A stretch of DNA of 64,000 nucleotides from the NCBI RefSeq assembly GCF_009914755.1, contig NC_060933.1; one strand, 5' to 3'. This DNA comes from the human T2T-CHM13v2.0 reference genome, Homo sapiens. The notes below the pieces were generated by a model. The model made no database searches. It saw only the letters and a program-made list of their open reading frames with translations, and was not told where the DNA came from. The position numbers and the translations under genes are program-made. Below, piece by piece: positions 60,697 to 64,000 of the stretch (position 1 is the first letter of the stretch; the number at the start of each line of letters is the position of its first letter).

Positions 60697-63580
60697 TTAT
60701 TTTATTTTATTTATTTATTTTTTGAGACAGGGTCTTGCTTTGTAGCCCAGGCAGGAGTGAAGTGGCAAAATCATAGCTCACTGCAGCCTCGAACTCCTAG
60801 GCTCAAGTGATCCTCTTGCCTCAGCTTCCTGAGTAGCTGGGACTACAGGTGTGTGACACCGTATCTGGCTAATTTTTTTTTTTTTAAACTTTTTGTAGAG
60901 ACCGGATCTTGCTATTCTGCCCAGGCTGGTCTTAAACTCTTCGCCTCAAGAGATCCTTCTGCCTCAGCCTCCCAAAGTGCTGGAATTACAGGCATGAGTC
61001 ACTTTGCCCAGCCACTGGCCTCCCTTTCTTATCTGGAAAATGGGAACAGTAATACCACCTTGGAGTAATGAGTGTTTAATTGTCTGTAAACTGGCCGCTC
61101 TGATGGGAGGTACCCCAAAGTACTTTCTGTGCTCATTGTCTTCCCATATGGTTTGTTGGCTCCATTATTCCAGCTGGGCCCAGGTCCCACAGGAGCATGA
61201 TGATGAAGCCCAGCTTTGCTGGTCCCAGTCCTGGCACTGCCACTAACTTGCTGTGTGGCTTTGGGCTAGCCCATACTGAGGCCCCCCGCATCTGCAACAG
61301 GAAGTCAGTGGGCTGCGTCATCTATCTTTCCAAGGATTCTCCCAGCTCTGATGACCGAAGGTTGTAAGTCTATGTTATTCCCAACCTCCTTTCTCTTTTC
61401 CAGGCTCTGGCCATCTGCTGTTGCTCCCCTTTCTCTGTGGCCAAAGCCCCACTCTGGAAATTTCCATCATCGGTGGTCGTGTGTCGATCACAGCACACTG
61501 GGTTCACTCCATGGCCTCATCCTTGGGTAGTGAGTTCCCACCCGTCCAGTGCTCCTCTCCAGCCTCAGTCACCAGCATCTCCTACTTGGATTATTGCAAC
61601 GGCTCCTAAGCATCAGCATTAAGCACCAACACAGATGAATCCTCCTCCTACAGACATTAGATCATGTCACACCTCTGCCCAGACCTCCCAGTGGCTTCCA
61701 GTATCATGTTGAATAAAAGAAAAGTCTTTCCCTGGGCCTGTCTTGAAAAAACTCATAATCTAACCATTTATCCACTTGTCCCTCACTGTCTCCTGCTACT
61801 TTACCCTTCACCCCTTTCCCGCCACACCAAACACACCACTGTTTGCATTTCTGCTGGAACGCTCTTCCCCTAGAAATCCACAAGACTCATTCTCTCACTT
61901 GTTTCAAGCCTTTGCTTAAAGAACACTTCATCTTTTTTTTTTTTTTTTTGAATGGAGTATCACTCTATTGCCCAGGCTGGAGGGCAGTGGGGCGATCTCA
62001 GCTCACTAACCTCTGCCTTTGGGGTTCAGGCGATTCTTATTCCTTAGCCTCCTGAGTAGCTGGGATTACAGGTGCGCACCACCATGCCCGGCTAATTTTT
62101 GTGTTTTTAGTAGAGACGGGGTTTCACCATGTTGGCCAGGCTGGTCTCAAACTCCTGACCTCAGGAAATCTGCCTGCCTCGGCCTCCCAAGTTGCAAGGA
62201 TTACAGGCGTGAGCCACCATGCCTGGCCATGAACACTTTTTCTAGTGAGGCCTTCTCTGGCCTATTTACTCTATTTAATTCTCTCTGTTTATTCCCTCTG
62301 TTTAAGCCTCCTCCCTGCTCCCAGCACTCTCTATTTCCCTTCCCCACCTCATGCTTCTCTGCAGCCCTTGTCATGTTCAGAAGTAGCCTAGAATTTATTT
62401 ATGAGCACGTACTCACTTTCCCATTAGTAAACCCAGGAAGGCAGGGAGTCTCCTGTGTTCACTGCTGGGTCCCCAGTGCAGGGTGTAGGACAGGTGGTTA
62501 ACAGCATTTATGGCATGGTTGGATGAACCTGTATGTATCTCACTTTGGTCTAGGGTCCAAGCAGGTGCTGTCACCGGGGAGCAGCAAGGAATGTCACAAC
62601 AAGTAAGACACCACCTGCCTCATCCACCTGCCAAGCTGATGGATGGCTTTATGGATGACTTATAGGGTTGCTTTTGGCTGCCTTCTGATGGGACCACCTC
62701 TCTTCTCCACCCTCTCCATCCCAAACTTGCTTTTCCTCCTCTCATGTTTCCTATTTTGGGGACAGGTACCACTATTCATTTTGTGTCTGCAGCTAGAAAT
62801 GGGGCACCCCTTACCTCCCCTCCGCTCACATTCATCAAGGCCTTTTGAATCTATCCCATAAATATCTCCATTGTCAGCCACCCTCCGTTGCCATTGCCCT
62901 CACCACTAGCGCCTCCTGCCTTTGGATCCTGACCACTGCTTTCCCACTAGCCTCTCTGGTGGCTCATCTGCAACCAGAAGATCTGCCCCTGGTGCAAATC
63001 CTGTTAGGTCACTCCTCCTCTGCCTTAACCCCTCAGTGGCTCCCCTGTTCTGCTGCTCGAACTTGTCTGAGGATCTGCCCCTGTCGACTTTGCCAGCTCC
63101 GTTCATTCCAACTCAGTCACTACTCTTCGGCCATAGGAGCTGCTGGCTGTGCTCCAGACTTTTTCTTACTGTTCCATCCCTGTGCCTCTGCACAAGCTGA
63201 AACCTGCCCCTCCATGTCCTCTCCTCATCACACTTGAAGACAGCTCAGGTGTCACTTCCTTCAAGAAGCCATTCCTTTTTTTTTTTTTTTTTTTGAGACA
63301 GAGTCTCACTGTATCACCCAGGCTGGAGTGCAGTGGTGCGATCTTGGCTCACTTCAACCATCCTCCACCCTTTGGGCTTAAGCGATTCTTTTGCCTCAGC
63401 CTCCTGAGTAGCTGGGATTATAGGTGCACACCATCACACCCAGCTAATTTTTGTATTTTTAGTAGAGACAGAGTTGTGCCATGTTGGTCAGGCTGGTCTT
63501 GAATTCCCGATCTCAAGTGATCTGCCCGCCTCTGTCTCCCAAGTTGCTGGGGTTACAGGTGTGAGCCACCATACCCAGCC
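60697..63580 (-). mobile_element. Antisense Alus (60697-61013, 61933-62228, 63276-63580) within L2-like sequence
   Basis: Alu consensus. The flanks have L2-like pyrimidine-rich character and 3' tails such as tgctcagtaatatttgttgaatg. Confidence 0.82.
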
Positions 63581-64000
63581 AGGAAGCCATCTCTTAAACC
63601 TGGGATGAATTGAGGCATTTCCTTTATGGTTCCCTTGTCCCCTGGGCTTCCCTGTGTCCTGGACCTGACTGTCATTCCAGTGTCTGCCTAAACCACAGTG
63701 GATGCTCAGTAATATTTGTTGAATGGACTGTATTTTCACTGCCTGTTTATTTGCCTACAAAAAATCAGTGATTAAAAAAATTTGTTCAGCATATACTTTT
63801 TGAGGACCTACTGGTGCCAAGCACTGACTGTGGTGCTGGGGATACTGCCGTGGACAAGAGCAACAGAGCCTCACTCTCGAGGAGGCAGGGGTGGGTCCAG
63901 CCCACCTTCGGGTCCCAGGATGCAGCACCGGGCTGTGTGCAGAACGCGTATGCTCTCCATACTGATTGAATAAATACAGGAACATTGTCTGACTGTTGGA

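Overview
Alu-dense primate (very probably human, 9q32) genomic DNA. It holds the last coding exon and 3'UTR of ATP6V1G1 (+, 1-~1300), the complete spliced gene TMEM268/C9orf91 (+) and the two-coding-exon microprotein gene TEX53 (-, 58942-60187, 70 aa). TMEM268 has a CpG-island promoter and non-coding exon 1 near 13.6-14.0 kb, eight coding exons from 19614 to 45726 that splice GT-AG into a 342-aa ORF, and a ~3.1 kb 3'UTR. The rest is mostly transposon-derived: about 55-60 Alu/FLAM copies, a two-LTR THE1A element, MLT1 LTRs, old L1/L2/MIR pieces, MER20, MER45A, an Alu-split MADE1 and a Y1 RNA pseudogene. Almost all ORFs in the supplied track are repeat or GC-composition artefacts. I see no new multi-gene system. 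The best leads are: (i) several short locally templated duplications, the clearest a ~240-bp inverted copy of an Alu half plus its flank pasted into the THE1A interior; (ii) a (GGC)8 repeat in the TMEM268 5'UTR with an open polyGly frame, in the band of fragile site FRA9B; (iii) two uORFs, frame-symmetric exons and a dileucine motif in TMEM268; (iv) a vestigial splice acceptor and TEX48-like residues upstream of the TEX53 start. Gene and repeat names come from recognition without a database search, and repeat boundaries are approximate.
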